From NCBI GenBank assembly GCA_963771175.1, contig CAVYSY010000034.1:19360-83359 (forward strand): DNA of 64,000 nucleotides, read 5' to 3'. Source of the DNA: an uncultured delta proteobacterium (GTDB lineage: Bacteria; Myxococcota; Myxococcia; Myxococcales; Myxococcaceae). A program made the position numbers and the translations under genes. The notes beneath the pieces are model-generated. The model did no database searches and had not been told where the DNA came from. It saw only the letters and a program-made list of their open reading frames with translations. Positions 1-11,800 of the stretch are shown piece after piece (position 1 is the stretch's first letter; every line of letters begins with the position of its first letter).

Positions 1-3000
1 GATGGTGTCGTACGGGGCATTCATGGCCGCGGATTTTCCACTGCCGGCGGGACCGTAGCCATCGGCAATCAGGTCCCAGATGTTGCCGTGGTTCACGAAG
101 TCCATCAGCGCCTCGCATGTGGGTTCGGCGACGTTGAAGCCCGTGGGGTCAACGAAGTTCACCGGGTCATTCTCGGCGTACATGAAGAGATTGGTACTGC
201 CACCGCCCAGCTCGAGCGGGTCCGGCTCGAGCCAGCGTCCCAGTCGGGCGTCGTAGTCGCGGGCGCCAAACTGAACCAGGCCGGTAGTGGCATCATAGTA
301 ACCCCCGGCATAACCAAACGGCTGGAAGCCCGGATTCGTGTCCTGCGTCACCCGGCCCCACGGGTCGTAGTCGAGCCGTTGGGCGATGCTTCCGTCCGCG
401 GTGTCCACCACCAGCCGGACGCTGCCCCGGACATCGGCGACGACCCGGTAGGTGCGGCCATTCTTGCGAATGAAGTCCGGCACCAGTCCGCGCGAGGCAT
501 AGACAAACTCGCTGACCACCTGCCCCGCCCCGTTGAGCTCGGCCGCGGGCTTGAGTGGATTGCGGAAGAGGAAACCCTGCACCAGGACGCCATTGACCGC
601 GCGGCCCACCCGGCGGCCCAGGCCGTCGTAGATGTAGGAAATCCTCGAGCCATCCGGCAGCTGGACTTCGAGCAGGGCTCCTTGCGTCGAGTACCGGTAC
701 TCCGTGCGGTTCGCGCCTTCCACCCGCGCCTTCACCTGCCCGTTGCCGGTGAACTCGAACGTCGCGCCCGGGGCCGCCAGGAGCTTGTCTTCCCCATCGA
801 CCGTGCAGAAGGCGACGCCATTGGTCTGGGTCCGGTTTCCATTCGCGTCATAACCGTAGGTGGAGAAGGCCGCTCCATCCTTGTCGACCGCGACCAACCG
901 CCCCAACAAGTCGTAGCGGTAGTCGTAGGTCGTGCTCGTTCCCGCGAGGGACTCCACGGTGCGGGTGATGCTGCCAAGCGCATCCCGCGTGTGCACGGCC
1001 TGGAACAGCGCACCGCCCGCATAGGAATAGGTGGTGCTCGTCACCTCTCCGAACGAGTTGTAGGTCAGCTGGCTGGCGAGGTTTCCAAGCGCGGTGCCCG
1101 ACACCCTCCCGGACGACGCGTCCCGGGTCAGCGTCAGCGGTCCCACCGCCGCCACCTGGCCATCGGCGCCATAGACGTTGGAAACCGAGGCGGGCGGGGC
1201 ATTCGTCCAGTAGCCATCCACGCGGGGCTCCAGCCGATTCGGTGCCTGCGAGGTGGTACGGCCGATGGTTCCCGTGACGGGGCCGGACCACTGTTCCGAG
1301 GCCAGGGTCGAGGCGCCACCGTAGGTAATCGCCAGCGTTGCTCCACCGGGCTGGGTCAGCGAAGTCAGTGCCCCGCCGGTGTATCCATACTGGCGCGTTC
1401 CTTCCGCGGTGGTGATGCCCGTCAGCTGTCGGGTGACCGGGTCATAGGAGAGGTCCACCGTCGCGCCGTCGGGCTTCGTCACCCGCGTCAACCGCCCATC
1501 CGCATCGAAGGTGCGATGGGTCACCATCGTCCCCAGCGGCCAGGTGAACTTGCTGAGCCGTCCATTGGCGTGATGCGCGAGGAGGAAGGGGGAACGCCCC
1601 GGGGGAGTGAAGGACGTCATCCTCCCCTGCGCGTCGTAGCCCATCCGCACGAGGCTGCCGTCGGGGCGAATTCGCGCCGTCAGGTTGCCCTCGGCGTCGT
1701 ATTCGAATTGAGTCGACCGCCCCAGTGCATCGACTGTCGAGGAGAGCCGCCCCTTGGCGTCATAGGCGAAGCGGAGGCTCCGCGCCTCGGCGCCGGTGCC
1801 GCGCAGCAACTCCGTCAATTGGCCCTGGTCGTCAAACACGTACTGCGTGGGCGGCTGTCCTTGCGTCTCTTGCCGGACCAGTCGACCTTCCACATCAAAC
1901 TCCTGGACGCGCGTTTTCCCATTGGGCGCCGTCTGCGTCATCCTTCGGCTGGAGGCGTCCCAGGCCTCCTTGAATGTCTCTCCGCCGGCGCTCACCGTGC
2001 GCGTCTGGGTGGACACGCTGAACGGGTTGAGCGGGTCGGTCAGGGTGGTGGCCCAGGTCTCGGTCGCGCTGGTGGAGAAAGTTCCCAGCTTTCGCACGCT
2101 TGAGCCCTGGCGCGGGAGCAGCGCCCCCCAAACGCTGTCGGGCTTCGTCTTGTTTTCCGTGAAGCTTCCATCCGCGCGTCTGACGATGACGGCTCCATCG
2201 GTCCCTCGAATGGTCTCCGTCTGTGCGCCGTCCGGCCCAATCACGATGCTCTGTGTGCCTCCAGCGGGGAGCCCCACCGTTCGATAGGTGACGGCTCGGC
2301 CGAGCCCGGACGTCACCGTGATGTCGTAGCCCTGGGACGTATCGGTGCGCGTGAGCATCTTCACGAAGCCCCCCGGCCCCTCGTCGCGGGTGAGTCGCCC
2401 CTCGGGGTCATACGAGAAGAGGTGCTTGCCCCCCGCTGCGTCCGTCAGCTCGGAGAGCAGCCCCTCGGCGTCGTAGGACAGCGCCTCGAAGGTGCCATTG
2501 GGGTGCGTGATTCGCGACAGCCGGCCGGAGGCATCGGTGGCCAGGGTGGTGCGCTCCCCTCCGGGGGCGACAATGGCCGTCGGATTTCCGTTGGCGTCTC
2601 GTTCGATGCGGGTCAGCCGATTCTTGGCGTCTCGTACACCCGAAAGCCGCCCTTCCGCGGTGTATTCGAACGAGCGGAGCACGCGTCCGTCGACGGCATC
2701 GACGGTTCGCACGTGCCGCTCATGGGTATCGAAGACGAAGACTTCATTCCCAAAGGGATACAACAACTCCCCAGCGGCCGAGCGTGGGACCGTCGGCGTC
2801 ACCAGCCGGAGGTAGCTGCTGTCGGCGATGGCAACCACCCCCTTCGGGCCGAGGGCTATCCCCTGTGCCCAGCTGAGCGGCTGACTGGTCGCCGGTGCAC
2901 CATCGACCGCCGTGCCCGAAAGGCCATTTCCGGCGAAGGTCCGGATGATGCCACCGGGAGTCACTTCGCGAATACGACGCCCATCCACGATGAGCAGAGA

Positions 3001-5736
3001 GCCATCGTCACGCATGGCAATACCTTGGGGGTAATCCAGTTTCGCATTCACCGCGAGGGAGCCGTCACCCAGGGTGCCACCTCCGGCGACCGTGGTGATG
3101 ATTCCCTCTGGGCCAATGCGACGGATGCGATAGTTCGCACTGTCCGTGAAGAACAACGCGCCACTGTTGTCGAGCGCCGTGCCCCAGGGCCAACAAATCT
3201 GTGCGCTCGCCGCGGGGCCGTTGTCCCCGGAGAAGCCGAGGTTCTGACCTCCGGCAAGGCGCGTCAGCATCCCCGTTCTGTCGAGTCGAAGGACGTAGTT
3301 CCGATTTCTCGAGTCGTCGGCGATGAACACCGTGCCATCCGAAGCGACGGAGACGCCAATCGCCAGCTGTAGAGACGCGCTTCTGGCGGGCAATGGAGTG
3401 TCGATCAGCGTGGTTCCACCCCCTCCAGCGACGGTGGTGATGATGCCCGTCGACGGGTCGACGCGGCGCACTCGATAAAAATCCGCGATGTAGACCGAAC
3501 CGTCGGGTCCGACCGCAAGCCCGCCGTCTCCGTTGACCCGCGCCAACGTCGCGGGGCCGTTGTCTCCCACGTCCGCGTCGGTGGCGTAGATGTTGTACCC
3601 GGTTCCATTGCCGGCGAAGTGGGTGACCTTCTGGGTGACGCCGTCAATGCGGATGACGCGAAAGTCGTAGCCCACATACAAAGTGCCGTCCGGGGCGTAC
3701 GCGACACTCGAGATGTTTTGCAACTCTCCCGAACTGTTCACGCCTGGCACGCTACCGTCCACCGGGAAACGAAAGGTCCTCATGGTGGCATCGAGCGAAC
3801 GCTCGGTTCCGTCTCCCATCATCAGACGCTTGCCATCTGGTGTGATGGTATGGTGCACGTCGAGGCGAAGGCCGCCCAGCGTGCCGATCTGGTCCAGATA
3901 GAAGGCCACCTGCTTCTCAAACGCCCTGGTGCTGTAGACCTCGTTCCGCCCCCGATCCGCACCGATTGCCGTACCCGTTTGGGAGAGGTTGCCAAACGCG
4001 GCTGCGAAGTTCGCAGGCGCGGTGTAGACGGTCGGATAGACGTACTTGACCGCGACGCGCACCGGCAGGTACCCCGAGAGCTTTCGCCCATACGCGTCCG
4101 TGCGCTCGAGCCGGAACAGCTTCTTGCGATTTGGCGTTCCATCGAAAGTCTCGAGGATTTTGCGACCGGCGTAGGTGAGCTTGACCTCGACGCGTTTCAG
4201 GCTGGATGGAGCCGAGCTGTCCGTGATGACGACGGGGATGGTCGGTCCGCGCTGCCAGCGGCTCGAGTAGCGCAGTTGATGGGGCGTTCCTTCAATGGGA
4301 AAGACCTCGCCCAACGTCTGCGACTGGCATTCGATGATGGAGCCTGCCTGCTTACACGGGTCCTCCGGCTCGGGCGGAGTGTCCGGGCTCGGCGGTGGCG
4401 GTGTTGCGTCAGGAGGTGGGGCGTAGGGCCAGTTGCAATCCCACGGCGTGAAGTGGGTGATCGGCGAGCGCCAGAGCGAGGCCCCCACCGGGTACAGGGT
4501 GGCCAGCTTCGCGCGCTCGGCCTCCGAGATGCCCAACGCCGCGAGCTCGGCTTCGGTGGCGGCAAGGCCCTGGCCGTTGACGTCCAGCGCGGCCATTCCC
4601 CCCTCAATCGAAAGGATGGAGATGACCCGACCATTGTCCGAGGCAATCCAGGCAGCCGTCTTCCGGTCGTAGTAGCCGACCGGAACGATGCCTCCGACCG
4701 GGAACGCGAGGAAGTTGTCCACGTAGAACGCGACGGGTTGGTTGAACCGCACCTCCTCGTCGAAGCCCACCTCGTCGACCGACAGCTCCGCCGCATAGGT
4801 ATAGCCTGTTGTCGGCGGCAGTTCGCCCGGCATGGCATTGGGCCCGTCGGCGCCGACCGTGTATTCAGTGGCGCGAACCGTCATCCGACTCAGCGGCTCG
4901 GTCGTTCCGTCCGCCTTCACTCTCGTCGCCGTGGTGCCTGGCGTGAAGAGGAGCGTCGCCTGTCGAGTGCCGGCTGAATCGGTCATCGCGCTTCCGCGGG
5001 CGACGGCGATGTCCGAGAGCGTCGCGAGCTCAATCGCGGTCGCCACCGGGTCCCTGCCAATCATCACCACCTCGGGCGCCCAGATGAAGTCACGCCACGG
5101 CGTCGAGGCCAACGTGCGCTGAATCGGCAGGAGGTCGGCACGTTGGTAGCTGAGCGTCACCGGCCCTCCCCCGTTGACGACGAGGTCGAACTGTCCGTCG
5201 GCGCGGGTGAAGGTGTAGCCATACTCGGGATGCGACAGGATGGTGACCCGCACATCGGCCAATGGGGCTCCCCCCCTCGCTCGTACCTGTCCGCGAATGA
5301 CGGCCAGTCGGCGGGCCTCGATGGTTCCCGCGTCCACTCCTCGCTGAACGGGATTGCTGCCCGTGTAGAGGAAACGCGTCGAGTCCTCGATGTCCGTCAG
5401 CTCTCCCGGCGGCAGCGGCGTCGACTGGGGCGGAGGATTGCAGCGTCCGGCTTCGCATCGGTTCGAGGCGCAGTCCTGGTCCACCACGCACTCAGGGGGC
5501 GGGCCCGCATCGACCAGACCGGCATCGCTCGTATCGCCCGCGTCCGTCGTGGAGCCGGCATCCTCGGGGCCGGCATCCGCAATCCCTCCCGCATCTGACT
5601 CGCCCGGCCCCGCGTCTGACTCGCTCGGCGTGCCACCCGCATCGAGTGTCTCTGTGCCTTCGGGTGTCGGCTGACACCCCCACACCACGCCGCACAAAGC
5701 CAGCACGGCGAGCCAAGAGCGAAATATCGAGGACAT
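1..5736 (-). CDS. Teneurin-like NHL/YD-repeat (RHS) lipoprotein, copy 2; 3' end runs off the window
   Basis: Absent from the ORF track because no stop lies in the window. Hand translation from ATG 5736 gives MSSIFRSWLAVLALCGVVWGC, DAG repeats, a carboxypeptidase-regulatory-like segment (HPEYGYTFTRADGQFDL), NHL repeats (GDNGPA), YD repeats and an RHS core (GARDYDARLGRWLEPDP...NDPVNFVDPTG). Paralog of 5888-11917. Confidence 0.9.
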   Translation of the reverse strand, partial: MSSIFRSWLAVLALCGVVWGCQPTPEGTETLDAGGTPSESDAGPGESDAGGIADAGPEDAGSTTDAGDTSDAGLVDAGPPPECVVDQDCASNRCEAGRCNPPPQSTPLPPGELTDIEDSTRFLYTGSNPVQRGVDAGTIEARRLAVIRGQVRARGGAPLADVRVTILSHPEYGYTFTRADGQFDLVVNGGGPVTLSYQRADLLPIQRTLASTPWRDFIWAPEVVMIGRDPVATAIELATLSDIAVARGSAMTDSAGTRQATLLFTPGTTATRVKADGTTEPLSRMTVRATEYTVGADGPNAMPGELPPTTGYTYAAELSVDEVGFDEEVRFNQPVAFYVDNFLAFPVGGIVPVGYYDRKTAAWIASDNGRVISILSIEGGMAALDVNGQGLAATEAELAALGISEAERAKLATLYPVGASLWRSPITHFTPWDCNWPYAPPPDATPPPPSPDTPPEPEDPCKQAGSIIECQSQTLGEVFPIEGTPHQLRYSSRWQRGPTIPVVITDSSAPSSLKRVEVKLTYAGRKILETFDGTPNRKKLFRLERTDAYGRKLSGYLPVRVAVKYVYPTVYTAPANFAAAFGNLSQTGTAIGADRGRNEVYSTRAFEKQVAFYLDQIGTLGGLRLDVHHTITPDGKRLMMGDGTERSLDATMRTFRFPVDGSVPGVNSSGELQNISSVAYAPDGTLYVGYDFRVIRIDGVTQKVTHFAGNGTGYNIYATDADVGDNGPATLARVNGDGGLAVGPDGSVYIADFYRVRRVDPSTGIITTVAGGGGTTLIDTPLPARSASLQLAIGVSVASDGTVFIADDSRNRNYVLRLDRTGMLTRLAGGQNLGFSGDNGPAASAQICWPWGTALDNSGALFFTDSANYRIRRIGPEGIITTVAGGGTLGDGSLAVNAKLDYPQGIAMRDDGSLLIVDGRRIREVTPGGIIRTFAGNGLSGTAVDGAPATSQPLSWAQGIALGPKGVVAIADSSYLRLVTPTVPRSAAGELLYPFGNEVFVFDTHERHVRTVDAVDGRVLRSFEYTAEGRLSGVRDAKNRLTRIERDANGNPTAIVAPGGERTTLATDASGRLSRITHPNGTFEALSYDAEGLLSELTDAAGGKHLFSYDPEGRLTRDEGPGGFVKMLTRTDTSQGYDITVTSGLGRAVTYRTVGLPAGGTQSIVIGPDGAQTETIRGTDGAVIVRRADGSFTENKTKPDSVWGALLPRQGSSVRKLGTFSTSATETWATTLTDPLNPFSVSTQTRTVSAGGETFKEAWDASSRRMTQTAPNGKTRVQEFDVEGRLVRQETQGQPPTQYVFDDQGQLTELLRGTGAEARSLRFAYDAKGRLSSTVDALGRSTQFEYDAEGNLTARIRPDGSLVRMGYDAQGRMTSFTPPGRSPFLLAHHANGRLSKFTWPLGTMVTHRTFDADGRLTRVTKPDGATVDLSYDPVTRQLTGITTAEGTRQYGYTGGALTSLTQPGGATLAITYGGASTLASEQWSGPVTGTIGRTTSQAPNRLEPRVDGYWTNAPPASVSNVYGADGQVAAVGPLTLTRDASSGRVSGTALGNLASQLTYNSFGEVTSTTYSYAGGALFQAVHTRDALGSITRTVESLAGTSTTYDYRYDLLGRLVAVDKDGAAFSTYGYDANGNRTQTNGVAFCTVDGEDKLLAAPGATFEFTGNGQVKARVEGANRTEYRYSTQGALLEVQLPDGSRISYIYDGLGRRVGRAVNGVLVQGFLFRNPLKPAAELNGAGQVVSEFVYASRGLVPDFIRKNGRTYRVVADVRGSVRLVVDTADGSIAQRLDYDPWGRVTQDTNPGFQPFGYAGGYYDATTGLVQFGARDYDARLGRWLEPDPLELGGGSTNLFMYAENDPVNFVDPTGFNVAEPTCEALMDFVNHGNIWDLIADGYGPAGSGKSAAMNAPYDTI

Positions 5737-5772
5737 CAGGCCACCTTCAGTCTAGTCGTTGTGCCAGGTGAC

Positions 5773-5789
5773 GTGAGGCATTGCCTCAC
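5773..5789. promoter_or_regulatory. Perfect palindrome GTGAGGCA-T-TGCCTCAC, candidate operator upstream of teneurin-like copy 2
   Basis: 8-bp inverted repeat with a 1-nt centre, about 37 bp upstream of ATG 5736. Confidence 0.35.
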
Positions 5790-5793
5790 CATC

Positions 5794-5836
5794 AACAAGG
5801 AGAAGGACCCCGTCCCACACGGGCGGGACGGGGCCC
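5794..5836 (-). terminator. Rho-independent terminator after teneurin-like copy 1
   Basis: Minus strand GGGCCCCGTCCCGC-CCGT-GTGGGACGGGGTCC forms a 14-bp stem (2 G-U pairs) followed by TTCTCCTTGTT. Confidence 0.7.
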
Positions 5837-5887
5837 GGGCTCACCGCCGGGCGTCGGGGAGCAAGCCTGCCAGGATGACGCGCTCGT

Positions 5888-8800
5888 TCACTTCTTGCAT
5901 TTCTCGTCGTCGCAGTAGTCGTCGACGAACGCCTGGAAGTTGCTGTAGAGGGACGCCAAGGCACCCAGGTTGACGCCGGCCATGTTCGCCGCCGCGTTGT
6001 TCAGAGCGGCCTTCGCACTCGCGCCCTGGGCCCACTGCCAGACCGCGCGAATGGCCACCCATGCGGCCGAGTCCATCCATCCCATCGTGGCGCCAAACAC
6101 TCCACCCCCATGGAGCGACGACAGGGAATAGGCGAAGGAGACGTACTGCATGTCCACTCCGTCGAAATCCTTGACGTTGTTGGCGTCGGCGCCGGCGTTG
6201 TCGTTCGGCGCGCCACTCCGGGTGAACAGCGGCCCCAGCACGTGCCAGCCGTACTCGAACGGCGACATGTCGTGCTGGCTGATGTCGTCGGCGATGCGCT
6301 GAAGCGCGTCGCAGAGGGCCGACGTTCCGGTCGGGTCGCGAAACGCGATTGGATTGTTCCCGACGTAGCGGTAGAGGTTGGCATCCCCACCGCCAAAGAG
6401 AAGAGGGTCGAGCGTCGTCCACCGCCCCGTCTCCGGGTCGTAATCCCTCAGGCCAAAGCGAACCAGTCCGGTCACCTCGTCCGGAATGCCTCCGGCGAAG
6501 CCGACCGCCAACTCGAAGAGCGGCTCGCTTCCACCGACGGCGCGCACCCGGCCGAAGCCGTCGTAGGTGAGCGTCTTGATGACCGCCCCTGTGGCGTCGG
6601 TCACCACCCGCGGGCTTCCCACCTGGTCGGTGGCCACGAAGTACAGCTCCGTCCCACGACGAAGGGCGAACAAGAGCCCGGCATCGTCATAGAGGTACTC
6701 GGTCAGTACTCCGGCCGAACGGGTATGGGTGATTCGCGTGCTCTTGTCGGCGTAGAGGTACTCGGTCTTCGTCGCCCCTTCGGTTCTAGCCACGCGTCGG
6801 CCGAAGGCGTCGTAGGAGTAGCTCACCTGCTTTCCACCCACGGTCGCGCTCAGCAACTGCCCGGCCGTCGAGTAGCTGAAGCTGTCCGAGCCGCGTGACG
6901 CGAGCTGCCCGTCGGCATTGTAGCCGTAGGCATTCCCTCCGCTCGACACGACGCGGTCCTGCAAGTCATACGTGGCGCTCTCATCCGGCTGTCCGGTGGC
7001 GCTGCGCGACAGCCGATTGCCGTTGACGTCGAAGGTATAGCTTTCGGCCGCCGCCCCATCGCGCTGGACGCTCACCAACTGCCCAGCGGCGTCGTAGCCG
7101 AAGCTCTCCGTTTGCGTCACCCCGTCGACGGATTCGGTTCTCGAGGCGACTCGACCCGACGCCTCGTAGGTGAGGGCGAGCGAATACTTCTGTGTCCCCC
7201 CCACGGTGAGCGCGCGCGATTGGACCCGCCCCAGCGCATCGAAGCCGACGGTCGCCGCCATTCCGTTTGTATCCACCTGGCTGATGGCCCCCAGGGGCCC
7301 ATTGCGCGTGAAGGTAAACGGGCCGCGACCAATCTCCTGGCCATCGGCATCGCGCGCGATGGTGGTGACCGGCCCGTTGTCCAAGCGCAGGCCCGTCGGC
7401 TGAAGGTTGGCGTAGTCGAAGTCGTAGGTGCCGTTGGCCGCCCCGGCGAACGTGAGGCGCGTCACCAGGGCGCCGTCGAAGCCCCAGGTCAGCGACTGGG
7501 CGCTCCCCGAGCTCGGAGTCCAGGTCGCCTGGGTGGCGGACGAATGGATGCCGTCGTAGGTGAGGCGGGTGGTCGCCTCGGGTGAAGTCACCGTCGAAAG
7601 CCGCCCGGCCGAGTCGTAGGCGAGCTGCGTCTTCCTCGCGCTGGGCAAGGTCACCTCGCGCACTCGCCCATCGGCATCGCGCGACAGCAGCGTCTGGCCG
7701 CCGCCGGGAGCGACGTGCTTCGCCAACCCTCCGGTCGCGTCGACCTCCAGGGTGTGTACCCGCCCCCCGGGAGCCTCGAGCCGCGTCAGATGGCCGGCCG
7801 CGTCGTAGCCGACGGCGAGGGCTGCTCCTCCGGGAAGAGTCATGGAGGTGAGCTGCCCTGCCGCGTTGTAACCGAACGACGTCGGGGCGCCGGAAGGAGT
7901 GGTGACCGAAGCGAGCCGGCCGTTGGGCGCGTAGGCGAAGTCCTGGACCAGGGCGCCGCGCGCAACCTGCGACAGGCGCCCTTCGGCATCGTAGGCGCGC
8001 GTGGTGGACGAGAATCCACCGCCCACGTCGAGCGAGAGTTCGCGTCCCTGCGCGTCGAAGGTGCGAGTCACTTGTTGTCCGGTCGCCGAGACGAGGGTGC
8101 GCGTGCGCGTCGCGGCGTCGTAGGTGATGGAAACCGCCTTCCCATCGCGGGTCACCGTGTCGACGCTCCGGGTGATGCTGAAAGGATTGCTCGGGTCGGC
8201 CAGGGTGACTGTCCGCGCGAAGGTAGTGGTGGACTGCTGCCCGCCGGGAGAGGTGATGCGAATGCTCTTGGGCATCGGCGAAAGCATTCCCCACACCGGA
8301 TCGGCTCCGCTGATCGTCGTGGTGATGGTGCCATCGGCCTGGGTGGAAATCGTCGTGCCGTCGAGCCTGGAAATCATCTCGCGTTGCACCCCCCCGAGGC
8401 CGATCAGGATGCGTTGGCTATCCCCGGTGCCGAGCTGGACGGTGCGGTAGGTGGTGGCCACCCCCAGCCCGGTGCTCACCGTGACGTCGTAGCCCTGGGG
8501 CGTATCGGTGCGCGTGAGCGTCTTCACGAAGCCCCCCGGCCCTTCGTCGCGGGTGAGCCGTCCCATGACGTCATACGAGAAGAGATGCTTGCCCCCCGCT
8601 GCGTCCGTCAACTCGGAGAGCAGCCCCTCGGCGTCGTAGGACAGCGCCTCGGAGGTGCCATTGGGGTGCGTGATTCGCGACAGCCGGCCGGAGGCCCCGG
8701 TGGCCAGTGTGGTGCGCTCCCCTCCGGGGGCGACGATGGCCGTCGGCTTTCCGTCGGCGTCTCGTTCGATGCGGGTCAGCCGATTCTGCGCGTCGCGCAC

Positions 8801-11800
8801 CCCCGCCAGCCGCCCTTCAGCCGTGTATTCGAACGAGAGGAGCACGCGGCCGTCGAGGCCATCCACGGTCCGCAGGTGCCGTCCCTGGGCGTTGAACACG
8901 AAGACTTCCTGGCCCTGGGGGACGAGCATCTCGCCAGCGGCATTCAGGCGCGGTCTGGTTTCCTTGACCTGTCGCACGAAGTAGTAGTTGTCGCCAAAGC
9001 TGGCCACCCCCCGAGGGCTGAGGGTGACGAACCCAGGGCTGACCAGCGGCTGGCTGATCGCCGGTGCACCCTCCACGGGTGTGCCACTGAGACCGTTACC
9101 GGCGTAGGTGCGAAGAATGCCGTCCCTGGTCACCTCTCGAATGCGATTGGCCTCTGAAATCAACAACGAGCCATCGGGACGCACGGCGACGCCGCTCGGG
9201 CCTTCGAGCGATCCATCCACCGCGGCGGCCCCATCGCCCTGACTGGCCCAGGTCCCATTGCCGGCAACGGTGCGAATCACCCCGTCGGGGCCGATGCGAC
9301 GAATGCGATTGTTTCCATTGTCGGCGACGAAGAGTGCCCCGTCCTTGTCCAGGGTCAGGTGCCAGGGGGCACTCAGCTGGGCATTGATCGCCGGCCCATT
9401 GTCGCCGGAAAACCCATGGGTGCTGCCGGCGATTCGGGTGAGCATCCCGTCCCGATCGAGCCGGTAGATGCGGCCATCATTACCATCGGAAATGAACACC
9501 GTTCCGTCCGGGGCGGCGACGATACCCATCAGGAAGCCGAAGCTCGCCTGGGTGGCCGGAACCGGGCTGTTGAGCACCTTCACCGTGCCGCCTCCGGCGG
9601 CGGTGGTGATGATGCCAGACGGGTCGACCTTCCGTACCCTGTATCTGTCGGCGATGTAGACCGAACCGTCGGGGGCCACCGTCACCGCATTGGGGACTTC
9701 CAGCCCCGCCTGGACCGCGGGACCGTTGTCGCCGTAGCTGCTGCCTCCATACTCGATGCTGCCCGCGAAAGTGCTGACCACCTGGGTGGCCCCGTCAATG
9801 CGGCGAACAAGGGCGGACCAGGAATCAGCGACGTACATAGAACCGTCGGGGCCAAACGCGGCTCCGTTGACGACATTGAATCCGGCGTTGGTGGCGACCT
9901 CTCCATCCCCCCCGCGACGCGAGCCATTGCCGGCGTACGTCACCAGCACATCCTTCATCGTCCGCTCGGTGCCGTCACCCATCGACAGCACGGTGCCGTC
10001 CGAGGTGAGGGCGTGGTGCACGTCCAGGCGAAGCCCGCCCAGGGAGGCGAGATTGTCCGCCTGGAATCGGACCTTCGGCTGCAGCACCCGGGTCTGCCGG
10101 ATTTCCAGGCGCTCCGTGTCCCGGCTGTAGGCGGCGCCGCCGCTCCGAGCGGCCTGGGACATAGCGGCGAACGCCCTGGCCTGCCCCGCCGGCTGGAGAT
10201 AGAGGGCCTGGTAGACGTAGCTGATGACCACCCGCACCGGCACTGGCCCGGAAAGCTTGCGCCCATAGGCGTCGGTGGGCGCGAGCCGATAGGCTTTCGT
10301 CAGGTTCGGCGCCGGGTCGAAGGTCTCGAAGATTCGGTGACCGGCATAGGTGAGTTCGACCTCGATGCGCTTCACGGTCGAGGGAAGCGAGCTGTCGCTG
10401 ATGACCACCGGCACCGCCGGGGCGCCGAGCCATCGGCTCGAGTAACGCAGCTGGTACCTGGTCCCCTCAATGGGAAAGGCCTCACCCAGCACTTGTGATT
10501 GGCATCCGATGATCGAGCCCTTCTGCTCGCACTCGTCCTCCTTGGGCGGAGGCTCGGGGCTCGGCGGTGGGGCTGGACATTCCAGGGGTGGACCGTACGG
10601 CCAGTTGTAGTCCCAGGGGGTGAAGTGGAGCGTCGGCGTGCGCCAGAGCGACGTGCCGACGGAGTACAAGGTCGCGAGCCTGACGCGCTCGGCCTCGCCG
10701 ATGCCCAGCGCCGTCAGCTCCGCCTCGGTGGCGGCGGTGCCCTGCCCGGCGATGTCGAGCTCCGCCAGGCCGCCGGTCTTCGAGAGAATGGAAATGACTC
10801 GCCCGTTGTCCGAGGCAAGCCAGGCCGCATTCTTCCGGTCATAGAAGCCCGCCGGAACGATGCTCCCCACCGGGAACCCGAGGAAGTTCTCCACGTAGAC
10901 GGCCACCGGCTGGCTGAACCGGACTTCCTCGTCCGGGCCCAGCTCGTCCACCGACAATTCCACGGCATAGGTATAGGCGCTGGTGGGAGGCAGCTCGGCG
11001 GGCATGCTCTTCGGCCCGTCGGCGCCGACGGTGTACTCGGTGGCGCGCACGGTGATGGTGCTCAAAGGCTCGGTCGTGCCATCGGCCTTCACCCGAGACG
11101 CCGTGGTCCCTTGGGGGAAGAACAGGGTGGCCTGGCGAGAGCCAGAGGCGTCGGTGCTCGGGCTACCCCGGGCGACGGCGATGCCCGAGATGCTCGCCAG
11201 GTCGATGGTGGTCGCCACCGGATCCTTGCCAACCATCACCACCTCGGGAGCCCAGACATAATCTCGCCAGGGGGTCGCCACCAGCGTGCGCTGAGCGGGG
11301 AGGAGGTCGGCACGCTGGTAGTTCAGCGTCACCGTACCGCCGCCATTGATGACCAGGTCGAACTGTCCGTCGGCGCGGGTGAAGGTGTAGCCATACTCGG
11401 GATGCGACAGGATGGAGACCCGCACATCAGCCAATGGGGCTCCCCCCCTCGCTCGTACCTGTCCGCGAATGACGGCCACTCTGCGGGCCTCGATGGTTCC
11501 CGCGTCCACTCCTCGCTGAACGGGATTGCCGCCGGTGTAGAGGAAACGCGTCGAGTCCTCGATGTCGGTCATCGCCCCCGGAGGCAGCGACGTCGACTGG
11601 GGCGGAGGATTGCAGCTCCCGGCGACGCAACGGTTCGAGGCGCAGTCCTGATCCACCACGCACTCAGGGGGTGTGCCCGCATCGGCCAGCCCGGCATCGC
11701 TCGTCTCTCCCGCATCCGTCGTGGAGCCGGCATCCTCGGGGCCCGCATCCGCAAGCCCTCCCGCATCTGACTCGCTCGGCGTGTCACCCGCGTCGAGTGT

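Noticed and set aside
5752..5964. Small ORF as immunity gene for teneurin-like copy 1
   Set aside because: It overlaps the upstream gene, runs through a terminator hairpin and has no protein-like features.
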